Source of the DNA: Candidatus Binatia bacterium
GTDB lineage: Bacteria > Desulfobacterota > Binatia > UBA9968 > CAXXLF01
Direction: 5' to 3'
DNA length: 64,000 nt
Assembly: GCA_963664015.2 (NCBI GenBank)
Contig: CAXXLF010000002.1
Location: forward strand, 1,632,001 to 1,696,000
The notes under the pieces were generated by a model. It worked only from the letters and a program-made list of their open reading frames with translations, ran no database searches and was not told the origin of the DNA. Positions 9,933-20,139 of the stretch are shown one piece after another. The stretch's first letter is position 1; each line of letters begins with the position of its first letter. The position numbers were made by a program, and so were the translations under genes.

Positions 9933-11363
9933 TTGAAGCTCGATCGCAGGAACGTCTTCAGACCCTCCATGGCCTACCAAGTCCTCCACGATCCCTTTTG
10001 GGTCTGGTGCGAGTATCACGCACCGCGCTCGGAGGCCGCAGACGAGACCACGCGTTACCAGAAAATGCGTATGCAGCAGGGGGTCGACTTTGAACACTCA
10101 TGGATCCAAAACAATTACCCTGACGCAGTAACCATTGAGCCGCCTTTTGGATTCGAAGCGTTGAGAAACACCATGCAGGCTATGCTGGCCGGGACTCCAG
10201 TCATTGCGCAGCCGCAGCTATGGGACCTGTCAGGAGAAAGCTACGGTAAGGCCGACCTCCTCATACGCAACGATTCCCAATCCTCTGATCTCGGCTCCTA
10301 TCACTACCGCCTGGTTGAAATTAAAAGGTCTAAGACTCTGCGTGACTACCACGTCATGCAAGCGGCCCTTTACAACCGAATGGTGGGACGTATTCAGGGA
10401 CGCACTCCCACGGAAATAACCGTGGTCCTGAAGACCGCAGAAGAAAGGGTCTCTTTTTCTGGCATCGAAAAAAAATTGGACGAAACCCTGGAAAAATGGA
10501 AAGCCCTGCGGGGTAACCAGTGGATCCCCGAGCCCAAAAGGCCCCCTGATGTCACAAGTTCGCCCTGGCGCCTCTACGGAAACAAATGGGTTGAATCGAA
10601 AAACGACCTGGTCCTACTGGCCGGTGTCGGTCGCAAGGAGCGTGAGCAGCTACATCATGCAGGAATCCAACGGGTGGACCAGCTCTGGAACCTGAAGCAC
10701 CAAGAGGTCACGGAAATCCTGGGCAACGCCCATGGCAGGTGCGCCTACTATGTCGCCCAGGCCTACAAGACAGGTGGCCCCATAGCAAAGCCCGGATCAA
10801 AATTGGCCATCCCCCGTTCCAGGCGGCACCTCTACTTTGATTTCGAGACCTCCGATGAGGTCCACCCCACAGAGCCTCCCCATGTTTACCTCATTGGGTG
10901 CTGGGACGCCGAGCGCGACCAGTTCGTAAAGTTCCTCGCCCGCGGCGTTAAAGATGAACCTAGGATCTTCAACGAGTTTTTTGATTACGTGGGTGACGTA
11001 GAGAGTTCCAGGCTTTACCACTGGAGCGATTTCGAAGTTCGGCAGATGCTGGGAGTCATGGAGCGTTGGCCCAACCTGGAAGGCGTGCTGCAACCGTTAA
11101 TCTCGTCTTGCGTCGACCTCAAGGATTCGATTCAGGCTGCTGTTTACCTGCCGGTGCCGACCTTCTCGATCAAATCCGTCGCTCCCGCGCTGGGGTTTCA
11201 CTGGCGCCAGAAAGGCTTCGGCGCGTTTGAATCCATGGCTGCCTACTGGGATTATCTCACCGGTGACGAAAACAACGAGATCGACAAGGTCATCCAATAC
11301 AATGAGGACGACTGCGTCGCTATGTGGCACGTCGACCAGGAGATCACGAAGCGATTCGCGTAA
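9933..11363 (+). CDS. TM0106-family RecB-like putative nuclease with C-terminal RNase H-like (YprB) domain
   Basis: GKADLL...VEIKRS...QAALY (PD-(D/E)XK), HhH-like GVG, YFDFET...YHWSDFE...VDL...SIKSVA...YNEDDC; start may be ATG 9969. Confidence 0.8.
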   Translation: MKLDRRNVFRPSMAYQVLHDPFWVWCEYHAPRSEAADETTRYQKMRMQQGVDFEHSWIQNNYPDAVTIEPPFGFEALRNTMQAMLAGTPVIAQPQLWDLSGESYGKADLLIRNDSQSSDLGSYHYRLVEIKRSKTLRDYHVMQAALYNRMVGRIQGRTPTEITVVLKTAEERVSFSGIEKKLDETLEKWKALRGNQWIPEPKRPPDVTSSPWRLYGNKWVESKNDLVLLAGVGRKEREQLHHAGIQRVDQLWNLKHQEVTEILGNAHGRCAYYVAQAYKTGGPIAKPGSKLAIPRSRRHLYFDFETSDEVHPTEPPHVYLIGCWDAERDQFVKFLARGVKDEPRIFNEFFDYVGDVESSRLYHWSDFEVRQMLGVMERWPNLEGVLQPLISSCVDLKDSIQAAVYLPVPTFSIKSVAPALGFHWRQKGFGAFESMAAYWDYLTGDENNEIDKVIQYNEDDCVAMWHVDQEITKRFA

Positions 11364-11485
11364 AGGGTCGACAGGGATGCATCTTGAAAACGATGCCTTT
11401 GACCTCGATTGGACCAATAGGGATCAGCCTTTGACGTTCCTCGACTGTACGTTTCATCCTTGCTAGTGCTGATTTATTGGACCGA

Positions 11486-12397
11486 TTAATGTCGGCTGGG
11501 GGTTAACACCTTCAGCTTGGTGTTAATAAACTGCTTGTGGGAAAAATCCAGCATGTAGGCGATCTTCCGAACCTCTTCGATCTCTTCATGGGAAGTCTTA
11601 CCCTCTGCATTCGTCATAGCAAATATCCCTTCGACCAATAGCTGGCGTTCTGGCATGCTCATGGTCGCTTTAACCTCCTGAACCAGACGGTGGAGGTCTA
11701 CCCGTTGTTCGACCGTTTCCAAGGCAATGTGGGAGACGGCTTCGACCATAGGTTGAGTGGCTCCCCAGATCTCATGGAGCACTTTATGCATGAACGCCTT
11801 TTCTTGAGGCAAGAATTCCTCGTCCACATAACCCACTCGACCCAATAGGGCGGCACTTAACGTCAGTTTTTTCAGTTTCGCCGGGGTTCCCTCTTTTTCA
11901 AGTCGCTCTGATCCCAGACGACGACGCAACCTAAAGAGAACGCGGTTACTAATAAAGTCATGGAGATCAGCCTCGCGGCCACTGTCGCCTGGGTCATGAC
12001 TTGAGCCACCGATCCTAAGAAGACTCTTTAATCCATCTAGATAAAAAGACGCACCTTTGCTCTCTGACACAACTCCCTTTAGATCCCGCAACCACTCTTT
12101 TTCTTTTGGGGACAAGTTGTCATCCGCTTGGAGAAGATCCTCCACGGCCTTAACGAGCATCTCCCTTTGACGTGGCCGACGGGCTCGTTGAAGGAAGCGT
12201 TGGATAATCCGTTTCATCTCCTCCACCCCCACCTTCTCCACTAGATACATCTCCACCTGAGCCCAGTCGTCCCCGCTCAGCTTAAAGCGCCGCACAAACT
12301 GCTTGATGAAGTTGATTTCCCCCTGGGTCACCTCTTCATCGGCCCAGGCAACACAGGCGAGGACCTTTAAAAGCTCTACTTCTGTCGGAGAAGCCAT
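11486..12397 (-). CDS. Tandem TerB-domain protein
   Basis: Two repeats of TerB-type motifs: VAWADEEVTQGE / ADDNLSPKE and VGYVDEEFLPQE / AEGKTSHEEIEEVRKIA. Confidence 0.75.
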   Translation of the reverse strand: MASPTEVELLKVLACVAWADEEVTQGEINFIKQFVRRFKLSGDDWAQVEMYLVEKVGVEEMKRIIQRFLQRARRPRQREMLVKAVEDLLQADDNLSPKEKEWLRDLKGVVSESKGASFYLDGLKSLLRIGGSSHDPGDSGREADLHDFISNRVLFRLRRRLGSERLEKEGTPAKLKKLTLSAALLGRVGYVDEEFLPQEKAFMHKVLHEIWGATQPMVEAVSHIALETVEQRVDLHRLVQEVKATMSMPERQLLVEGIFAMTNAEGKTSHEEIEEVRKIAYMLDFSHKQFINTKLKVLTPSRH

Positions 12398-12594
12398 ATT
12401 CTACCTTATCCTACTTTGCAACAGCCATCGACGCCCGACGCAGTTTCCCTTTTACCGCGCAGACGCTATCGCTTAGACAGAGATTCTCTCAAGGTGCCAT
12501 CTTCCAATCCAACGATCGCCCCAACGACGGCACATTAAAAAAGTTCAGACATCGTGTAAACTTATGTTATCCTAACCGCGCGAAACAGCAACCT

Positions 12595-13908
12595 ATGGAA
12601 GAACGTGTCCCTTTGAAGACATCGGAAAGATTACCCCTGCGCGTCCCTTTCTTTTACGGCTGGGTCATAGTGGCGTTGACCTTCCTGACGACCTTGAACG
12701 GCGCAGGGAACCGAGCAGCCCTCTCGCTATTGATCCACCCGCTGGAGCAGGAGTTTGGTTGGAGCCGCGCCTCCATCGCCTCGGCCGGTGCCATTAATCT
12801 CTTTTTGATGGGTGCCGCAGCGCCCTTCTTAGGCTGGTTGGTCGACCGCTTCGGTCCGCGAAAGATCATGTTCGTCGCGTTGACTCTCCTCATCGGCGGA
12901 GTCGCTACTACGACTCTGGTTCGAGAACCCTGGCAGCTAATCCTTGTCTGGGGGGTTATCGTCGGCCTTGGTGTTGGCGGCGCAGGCAGTGTCCTGGGAG
13001 CCGCAGTAGCCACCCGCTGGTTCATCGCGCGACGAGGCCTGACCATTGGAATCCTAAACAGCGCCCACTCAACCGGGTACCTGATCTTTTTGCCGATTTT
13101 GATGTCTGTGGTTGTCTACTCGGGCTGGCGTACCAGCCTGTTGGCCCTCGCCGCCATCTCCACGGGCCTATTACTATTGATCTGGCTCTGGATGAGCGAT
13201 GATCCCTCTGATATCGGTCTCCAACCCTACGGATTGGGAACAAAAACTAAAGCCGAGGCCCTAAGAGGCCCGGTGAGGAGCGTTTCGTCGGGTTCGTCCG
13301 GCGTCTCACTACTCGAGGCAGTCAGAAGTCCCATCCTCTGGTCACTCTGCGGCAGCTTCTTTATCTGCGGGGGCACTTCGGCTGGCTTGATCGGAACCCA
13401 CCTCATCCCACACGCTATCGACCGCGGCATTTCCCAGGTCACAGCGGCAACTACGGTGGGGGTCATGGGAGGTATGAATTTCGTCGGTACGGTTCTGTCC
13501 GGGTATCTGACCGACCGCATGGATCCGCGCAAGATTCTTGCTTTCGTCTATGCTTTGCGAGGCACCGCCTTGTTTATTCTGCCCTACGTCGATAACTTTC
13601 AAGGACTTTTCATCTTCGCCCTGATATACGGACTCGATTGGTTCGCTTCGGTTCCCCCCACCGTTGCCCTCGCCGGCGAAGCCTTCGGCAGACAGTCCAT
13701 CGGTAAAATGTACGGTTGGATCTTCTTCTCGCACCAACTCGGGGCTGCCCTTTCCGCAGCCGGAGCCGGCTACGCCTTTCAATATTTTGGCAGTTACGAA
13801 CCGGCATTTATTTTCGGCGGCGTCGTTGCTTTGGTGGCGGCGGTCATGGGTTTAACAGTGCCGCACGGAAATAGACGCAACGAAACCGTCGGGGAAAGAG
13901 CTGTTTAA
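12595..13908 (+). CDS. MFS transporter
   Basis: About 12 TM segments, motif A GWLVDRFGPRK and SGYLTDRMDPRK. Confidence 0.92.
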   Translation: MEERVPLKTSERLPLRVPFFYGWVIVALTFLTTLNGAGNRAALSLLIHPLEQEFGWSRASIASAGAINLFLMGAAAPFLGWLVDRFGPRKIMFVALTLLIGGVATTTLVREPWQLILVWGVIVGLGVGGAGSVLGAAVATRWFIARRGLTIGILNSAHSTGYLIFLPILMSVVVYSGWRTSLLALAAISTGLLLLIWLWMSDDPSDIGLQPYGLGTKTKAEALRGPVRSVSSGSSGVSLLEAVRSPILWSLCGSFFICGGTSAGLIGTHLIPHAIDRGISQVTAATTVGVMGGMNFVGTVLSGYLTDRMDPRKILAFVYALRGTALFILPYVDNFQGLFIFALIYGLDWFASVPPTVALAGEAFGRQSIGKMYGWIFFSHQLGAALSAAGAGYAFQYFGSYEPAFIFGGVVALVAAVMGLTVPHGNRRNETVGERAV

Positions 13909-14531
13909 CGAGCGGAGAGAAGACTGCGCAGATCGCGAGTGATCGTACCCGGGTCAGGAACGGCGCCGTGATAGACAAACCGCACGACGCCTTTCTTATC
14001 CACGAGCGCTGTCAGTAGCGTGTGATCCACCAGGCCACGGGCCTTTCTATCCACTTTTACACCGAATGCCTTCCACACAGGAGCAACCTTTGTGCGGTCT
14101 TCCGTAAGAAAGGACCACCTGGAAAAATCGACCCCATGCCGTTCACCATAGGACTTCAGCACGGGTGGTGTATCGACTTCGGGATCGGTGGTAATAGACA
14201 GAAAAAAGAGCCCGTCGCGTTCCCAGGTATCCAAGTCTTCCCCGACCGATTGCATGGCCGTGGTGATCAGCGGGCAAAGGTCAGGGCAAGTCGTATAGAT
14301 GAAGGTCACAAGGACGACCTTTCCCATCAGCCCACCGAAACGAAAGGCGTTGCCGTTGTGGTCCGTGAGCGAGGACTCGGGCACGGGGATACGAACCACC
14401 CGTCGCACGTTCTCTTTACTTCCCAAGTTCTGGGTCGAATGGTGAGCTGCCGCCTGCTGAAAAGCAGGGAATGCGTATCCAACGGCCAATGCCGTGACGG
14501 CCAGTATGGTCATCCATTGAGCGCGGTTCAT
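13905..14531 (-). CDS. SCO1/SenC family copper chaperone
   Basis: FIYTTCPDLCP (CxxxC), ITTDPEVDT, conserved His in VDHT. Confidence 0.92.
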   Translation of the reverse strand: MNRAQWMTILAVTALAVGYAFPAFQQAAAHHSTQNLGSKENVRRVVRIPVPESSLTDHNGNAFRFGGLMGKVVLVTFIYTTCPDLCPLITTAMQSVGEDLDTWERDGLFFLSITTDPEVDTPPVLKSYGERHGVDFSRWSFLTEDRTKVAPVWKAFGVKVDRKARGLVDHTLLTALVDKKGVVRFVYHGAVPDPGTITRDLRSLLSAR

Positions 14532-14965
14532 GATCCCTCGCCGTTGACCGACCGGTCGTAGTCATAGACGTACTGCCAGGGCACACTGCAGTGAGCCCAA
14601 ATGAGAGGCTCAAATTTTTCCCACCAGTCAACTTCACGTCCTTCCAGGCTCAGGATGCGTACAAAACGAACCATGTCTTGGATCTGCCAGTTTTCAAGGG
14701 CCGGACCGAAGGCGGGCATCACCCCGCGGCCTTGACGAATTACCCCCCGGATTTGGAATACGTTTTTCTTCTCTACGGTTTGCCGGAAGTCCGGAACCCG
14801 TACTGGTAAGGCATGGGCAACCGGACCGTCCCCTCGTCCGGTCGGACCATGGCAGCTCCAACATCGTTGGGCGTAGGTTAGCTGCATTTCTTCCTTGCGC
14901 AAACATCCGGCGACGAGAAATGATACGGCGCAAAGGATCAAAAGCCGGGATAAGAATATGGACAT
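14528..14965 (-). CDS. Monoheme c-type cytochrome, probable lipoprotein
   Basis: Lipobox-like LVAGC, CWSCHG, GDGP, MPAF distal Met; 4-nt overlap with the SCO gene. Confidence 0.85.
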   Translation of the reverse strand: MSIFLSRLLILCAVSFLVAGCLRKEEMQLTYAQRCWSCHGPTGRGDGPVAHALPVRVPDFRQTVEKKNVFQIRGVIRQGRGVMPAFGPALENWQIQDMVRFVRILSLEGREVDWWEKFEPLIWAHCSVPWQYVYDYDRSVNGEGS

Positions 14966-15252
14966 GGCTCTTTTCTCTCCTATCACACGCCCGAAACCCT
15001 TGCCAGCCTCACCCCTCCACACTGGTTTGACCTTATTGGTTTCTAAATCAATTGCAAATCGGATCCCGCCTACGGCTATGGCCTGTACCTAACACCCCGC
15101 CCATTCACTCCTCCGCCGGTCCCAACTGTTCTCCGGCCGAGCCCAACGAACGAAGGCGTAGCAACGCTACTCTGCCAACGCGTTTCGTCGCAACATTTAT
15201 TCCGATGGCTACTCGCCTCAAACCTCGAGAACCTTACCGAGACACAGGCCAC

Positions 15253-15311
15253 TTGACAGCACCCCCCCCCGCTTATATTATGCCTAAATGCATTATGTAA
15301 TTATACATAAT
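15253..15311 (+). promoter_or_regulatory. Sigma70-like promoter with C9 tract in spacer and downstream palindromic operator
   Basis: TTGACA 15253-15258, 17-nt spacer containing C9 (15262-15270), TATTAT 15276-15281; ATTATGTA-N4-TACATAAT at 15292-15311. Confidence 0.7.
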
Positions 15312-15327
15312 CCTATTTTACGTCAAC

Positions 15328-16476
15328 GTGGAGACGCCCATGCAAAACCCTTTCAGATTCGGTTCCGTGGTAACAGGCAATGATTTTGCCGACCGAAAGC
15401 GTGAGCAGGTGGAACTGGCCAAGGAGCTCGCCAGTGGACAGAACCTATTCTTGCTCTCGCCACGGCGCTTCGGTAAGACCTCGCTGATCTTCACGTTGCT
15501 CGATACGCTTCGTTCCCGTGGTATGCTGGTCGCCTATCTGGATGTGTTCAGGACGGCGACGCCGATGCAACTTCTTGAGTTGACCGCTCAGACCCTGCTT
15601 CGGGCGGCCGAGCCGAGGCCCGAGCGACTGCTTCGCCTCGCCATGGATCTTTTGGGTCGGCTTCGGCCGCAGGTGGGAACAGACTCGGAGGAAAACCCTA
15701 CGCTCACTCTCGACATCGGCACTTCGCCACGCAACCTGCTCGCCCTGCAGGAGGAAGTGCTGAGTCTACCTGAGCGGCTTGCTGAGAAGCGGAAAAAACA
15801 TCTCATCCTCTGTTTCGACGAGTTCCAGGAGATCCAGCGTTTTCCCGGCGGCAACCTTGAAAAGGCGATGCGTTCCCATTTTCAACAGCACCGTCATGTC
15901 AGTTATCTCTTTGCCGGTTCCAAAGAGAGCGCCCTAAGGGAGATGGCCACGCGGGAGCGTAGCCCATTTTATAAGTTCGGCCGCCTGGTCTCTCTTGGGC
16001 CCATTCCACAGGACGAGTTTGTGCCGTTTCTCCAATTGCACTTCAAGCGGGGGCGGTTAAGTGTGACCACCGAGGTTTTGGAAGCTGTACTGACCGCCGC
16101 GGACGATGTTCCTTATAATGTGCAGCGGCTATGTCACCAGCTATGGTCCGATAAGGCCGGAAGCGCCAAACGAGTTATAGAAAAAGACATCGGCGTCGCA
16201 CTCGCCGCCATTGTTGCGCAGGACACATCGTACTTCAGCGCCATATGGGACGGACTCTCACTGCATCAGCGCCAGGTCCTTCAGGCCATTACCCGGGCCG
16301 GAGGCCGCAATGTCTTCGCCAGCGAATTTCTGACGGCACACCGGCTGGGCTCCCACTCCTCCACGCAGACATCTCTTCGACAGTTGCTCAAGGAGCAAAT
16401 CGTTTTCAAGGTTGATGGAGAGTACCGGATTGCGGACGCCTTCTTCCGCGAATGGATCGGCAGCCGGCTTCCTTAA
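15328..16476 (+). CDS. AAA/archaeal-type ATPase with C-terminal winged helix
   Basis: NPFRFG...FADR, Walker A SPRRFGKTS, Walker B FDEFQ, AGS sensor, C-terminal YRIADAFFREW. Confidence 0.85.
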   Translation: METPMQNPFRFGSVVTGNDFADRKREQVELAKELASGQNLFLLSPRRFGKTSLIFTLLDTLRSRGMLVAYLDVFRTATPMQLLELTAQTLLRAAEPRPERLLRLAMDLLGRLRPQVGTDSEENPTLTLDIGTSPRNLLALQEEVLSLPERLAEKRKKHLILCFDEFQEIQRFPGGNLEKAMRSHFQQHRHVSYLFAGSKESALREMATRERSPFYKFGRLVSLGPIPQDEFVPFLQLHFKRGRLSVTTEVLEAVLTAADDVPYNVQRLCHQLWSDKAGSAKRVIEKDIGVALAAIVAQDTSYFSAIWDGLSLHQRQVLQAITRAGGRNVFASEFLTAHRLGSHSSTQTSLRQLLKEQIVFKVDGEYRIADAFFREWIGSRLP

Positions 16477-16525
16477 GTCCCGATAACCCTTTCTGTACAA
16501 AGATAATAGAGGACGATTAAAAAGG

Positions 16526-17903
16526 ATGGAACTCAAAAGGGAGTTGGGACGATTCGACGCAATGATGCTGATCGCCGGGAGCATGATCGGGATTGGTATT
16601 TTTGTCACCACGGGATTAATTGCACAGCAAGTCTCTTCTCCTGGACTCATCCTTTTAGTCTGGCTTATCGGCGGTCTCCTCGCCCTGGCCGGGGCACTCA
16701 GCCGTGCCGAACTCGGCGTTAGCCTGCCCTTCGCCGGTGGCGACTACGTCTACCTTAAAAGAGGCGTATGGTTCGCCGCTTGCTTTCTTGTCCGGGTGGG
16801 CTAGTTTTTTCGTTACCTTCTCGGGTTCCGCAGCCTCCCTGGCTGTCGGATTTACCCAGTACATCGCCTTTTTTCTCCCCGCCCTGGAGCGCGGGAAATC
16901 ACTGTCCAGTTTCGAGATGTTAGGATTTTTGTACCAGCTATCGCTGGCATCGATCTTTTCCATTGGAGTGATCCTGTTGCTCTCAGTCATTCAGGTCGTA
17001 GGAATCCGAGAGGGAAGTCGGGTTCAAAATCTCTTAACCCTATTAAAAATCGGAGCACTTCTCTGTATTGTCTTTCTTGGAGTCAGCTTGGGGAAGGGGA
17101 ACCTGAGCCACTTTTCCCCGTTCTTGGAATTCTCGCGGATCAATAGTTGGACGGTCCTTGGCACCGCCTTTATCCCCGTTATCTTCACCTACGCGGGATG
17201 GAATGCGGTGATCTATATGGCTGGCGAGGTGAAAACCCCGTCCAAGGATTTACCCCACTCTCTCCTCTGGGCCAACCTTTTGGTGATCGTCCTCTATCTG
17301 GCAGTCAATGGAGTCTACCTATACGCCGTGCCGACCGAAAACATGCACAGGGTAGTTCGTGTGGCCGAAGTGGCAACCACAGCTCTATTTGGTTACCAGG
17401 CTTCCGCGTGGATTACGGCAATCATTGCCCTGTCCATTCTGGGGGCCATGAATGCCATCATTATGACCGGCCCGCGGATTTACTATGCGATGGCGCGTGA
17501 TGGATTCTTTTTTCGTAGCCTGGCGCGGGTTCACCCCCGGTTTCACACCCCCAGCCGCGCCATCGCGCTACAAGCCCTTTGGGCCTCGGTCCTCGTCCTC
17601 ACAGGGACATTCGAGACCCTGTTAACTTATGTGAGCGTTATCATCGTCCTGTTTTCCGCGCTCACCGTGGGTTCGGTTCTGGTCTTGCGCTACCGGAGAC
17701 CGGAACTCACGCGCCCATACAAGATATGGGGCTACCCCTACGTCCCCGCTCTATTCATTCTCGCCCATCTGGGAATTGCCCTCGCCACCCTCTGGGAAAA
17801 ACCTATGGAGTCTTTCCTGGGCGCCGGTATCGTTTTCCTTGGAATTCCCGCTTATATCTACTGGTCGCGAACCCAACGGCACGAGCGGCCCTCGGGCCTT
17901 TGA
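16526..17903 (+). pseudogene. APC family amino acid permease, frameshifted
   Basis: N-part (GSMIGIGIF, AELG...AGGDYVYL) and C-part (KEAYG..., YAGWN...GEVKTP, PRIYYAMARDG) in different frames; one extra A in AAAA at 16757-16760. Confidence 0.8.
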
Positions 17904-18096
17904 CCCATCTCATCTATTGGCCGTAAACTCATTTAGTGTTATGAATAATTGACTAGAATCCAGGATATAGAGTTCAGAAGACAGATTTTCCCAAGAACAA
18001 CCCGACGATACACGTTTCAAGAGGCATGGGTTTTTATTCTCGATTCCGACACATCAAAGTTGAAATCTGTCTTCCCACTGAATCCCTCGAATCGCT

Positions 18097-18708
18097 ATGG
18101 CGATCAGAATCAATCGCGTTTATACCCGAACAGGTGACAAGGGCGTGACGGCCCTTGTGGGAGGCAAGCGGGTCCCCAAGGACTCTGCCCGGATCGAGGC
18201 CTATGGTACGGTCGACGAGCTCAACTCGGTTCTCGGCCTGGCGCGGGTCTTCAACGAAGAGCGGCTCACCGAGGGAGAGGCCCACCGATTTCTCGATCAG
18301 GTCCTGCGCGACATCCAGCAGGAGCTTTTTGACCTGGGCAGCGAACTGGCAACCCCACCGGAGGCAGCCCGAGAGGGGATGCCCCGTATGGGAGAGGAGC
18401 GGGTCAAGCGAATCGAAGAGATCATTGATCATTGCCAGCAGGGTCTTGAACCGCTCAATTCGTTTATCCTTCCGGGGGGCGGAAGGATCGCGGGCTATCT
18501 GCACCAGTGTCGAACGGTCTGCCGCCGAGCCGAGCGTGAGATCCTCCGATTGTCGCGCATCGAGGAGACAGGTGAATGGGCCATCAAGTATATCAACCGA
18601 CTGAGTGATCTCTTTTTCGTGCTCTCCCGCTGGGTGGGCAAGCATCTTGGGGAAAAAGAATACCTGTGGGAGAGAGGTCTGGAGCAGAAACCCACGAGGG
18701 AAAAATAG
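18097..18708 (+). CDS. PduO-type cob(I)alamin adenosyltransferase
   Basis: [42 protein letters not shown]. Confidence 0.93.
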   Translation: MAIRINRVYTRTGDKGVTALVGGKRVPKDSARIEAYGTVDELNSVLGLARVFNEERLTEGEAHRFLDQVLRDIQQELFDLGSELATPPEAAREGMPRMGEERVKRIEEIIDHCQQGLEPLNSFILPGGGRIAGYLHQCRTVCRRAEREILRLSRIEETGEWAIKYINRLSDLFFVLSRWVGKHLGEKEYLWERGLEQKPTREK

Positions 18709-18721
18709 CAGGGAGGCATCC

Positions 18722-19492
18722 ATGGAAGGTCTGAAGGGAAAGAAAGGCGTTATCTTTGGCGTTGCCAACGACAAAAGCATAGCGTGGGGAATTGCGCAGA
18801 TGCTGCACGAGGAAGGGGCGGAATTGGCCTTCACCTATGCCGGAGAAATCTTAGAGAAACGCGTCAGACCCCTGGCCGCAGGGGTAGGGTCCAATATCGT
18901 CCTTCCCTGCGACGTCACCAAGGACGACGAGATCGAGCCGGTTTTCAAGACCCTCAAAGAAAAATGGGGGGGTCTCGATTTTCTCGTTCATGCCATCGCC
19001 TATGCCAACAAGGAGGATCTCACCAATCCCTTTGTGAACACGAGCCGTGCGGGTTTTCATTTGGCGCTGGATATTAGCAGCTACTCCCTAGTCGCCTTGG
19101 CACGCCAAGCGGCTCCACTCATGGAGGGGCGTAAGGGGGCTATTCTAACGATGACCTATTTGGGTGCTGAAAAGGTTATTCCCAACTACAATGTGATGGG
19201 AGTGGCCAAGGCCGCCCTCGAAGCCAGTGTAAAGTATCTCGCCTATGACCTGGGCCCCAAGGGGACCCGAGTCAATGCCATCTCGGCGGGCCCCGTCCGA
19301 ACCCTTGCCGCTTCCGGGATCAGCGGATTCAAAGAGATGCTTCACTACAGCAGCGAGAGGGCTCCGTTGAAGAGAAACATCGATCAGGAGGAAGTGGGAC
19401 GAACGGCCCTCTACTTACTCAGCGACATGGCAAGCGCCGTGACCGGAGAAGTTCTCCATGTGGACGCCGGTTACAACATTATGGGAATGTGA
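18722..19492 (+). CDS. fabI: Enoyl-ACP reductase
   Basis: [37 protein letters not shown]; GGAGG RBS. Confidence 0.96.
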   Translation: MEGLKGKKGVIFGVANDKSIAWGIAQMLHEEGAELAFTYAGEILEKRVRPLAAGVGSNIVLPCDVTKDDEIEPVFKTLKEKWGGLDFLVHAIAYANKEDLTNPFVNTSRAGFHLALDISSYSLVALARQAAPLMEGRKGAILTMTYLGAEKVIPNYNVMGVAKAALEASVKYLAYDLGPKGTRVNAISAGPVRTLAASGISGFKEMLHYSSERAPLKRNIDQEEVGRTALYLLSDMASAVTGEVLHVDAGYNIMGM

Positions 19493-19519
19493 TCGGAAAT
19501 GCTGTCAGCCGAGCAAAGA

Positions 19520-19680
19520 AAGACAGTAAGCAGTTGGCAGTGAGCAGCCAGAAACCCGGAGCTGATAAGCTAGGTGCTCATAGCTAAACTTCCTCAGTCC
19601 TGTCTTACTGCTACCAGCTTGCTGTCTTTTTTAATCTGTTGCCCTGCTGCATACTGCCTACTGTAAGCTGTCTTACTGTT
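19520..19680. repeat. Composite intergenic repeat, locus C (inverted heptamer arms)
   Basis: AGACAGT AAGCAGT TGGCAGT GAGCAGC (19521-19548) followed by inverse arms CTGTCTTACTGC... and CTGCATACTGCCTACTGTAAGCTGTCTTACTG. Confidence 0.75.
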
Positions 19681-19698
19681 TTGCGAAAGGAGTCATCC

Positions 19699-20139
19699 AT
19701 GTCCATCAAAGAAATCGACCCCCAGGCGGCTTTCGAGATGCTCAAGTCAGGAAGCGGCTGTGTTTATATCGACGTTCGCACGGTACCCGAGTTCGAAGCC
19801 GGTCATCCGGAAGGCGCGGTCAATATCCCCATTGCCCTGCCCGATCCCGCCCGGGGCATGGCAATGAATGATCAATTCACTCAAGTGGTAGAAGCCCACT
19901 ACCCCAAGGAGATGACGATCCTCGTCGGGTGCCAGGCGGGCCCTCGTTCGACCGCAGCGGCACGTCTACTCGAACAGACAGGATTCCAAGATGTCTCAAA
20001 CGTCCGGGGAGGGTTTGGCGGCATGCGTGATCCTTCGGGGCAGATCATTGCCCCCGGTTGGTCCAGCCTGGGACTACCCGTGAGCCAGGACAACGGAGAG
20101 AACGTGAGTTACGCGTCCCTGACCGCCAAGGCAAAGTGA
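19699..20139 (+). CDS. Rhodanese-like domain protein
   Basis: AAGGAG RBS; IDVRTVPEFEAGHPEGAVNIP, active-site loop CQAGPRS, GGF. Confidence 0.9.
   Translation: MSIKEIDPQAAFEMLKSGSGCVYIDVRTVPEFEAGHPEGAVNIPIALPDPARGMAMNDQFTQVVEAHYPKEMTILVGCQAGPRSTAAARLLEQTGFQDVSNVRGGFGGMRDPSGQIIAPGWSSLGLPVSQDNGENVSYASLTAKAK

Noticed and set aside
17950-18050. Weak heptamer run TAGAATC CAGGATA TAGAGTT CAGAAGA CAGATTT upstream of pduO
   Set aside because: Possibly a decayed member of the repeat family, but too degenerate to support as a feature
18034-18834. 266-aa minus-strand ORF
   Set aside because: Antisense shadow of the PduO-type adenosyltransferase
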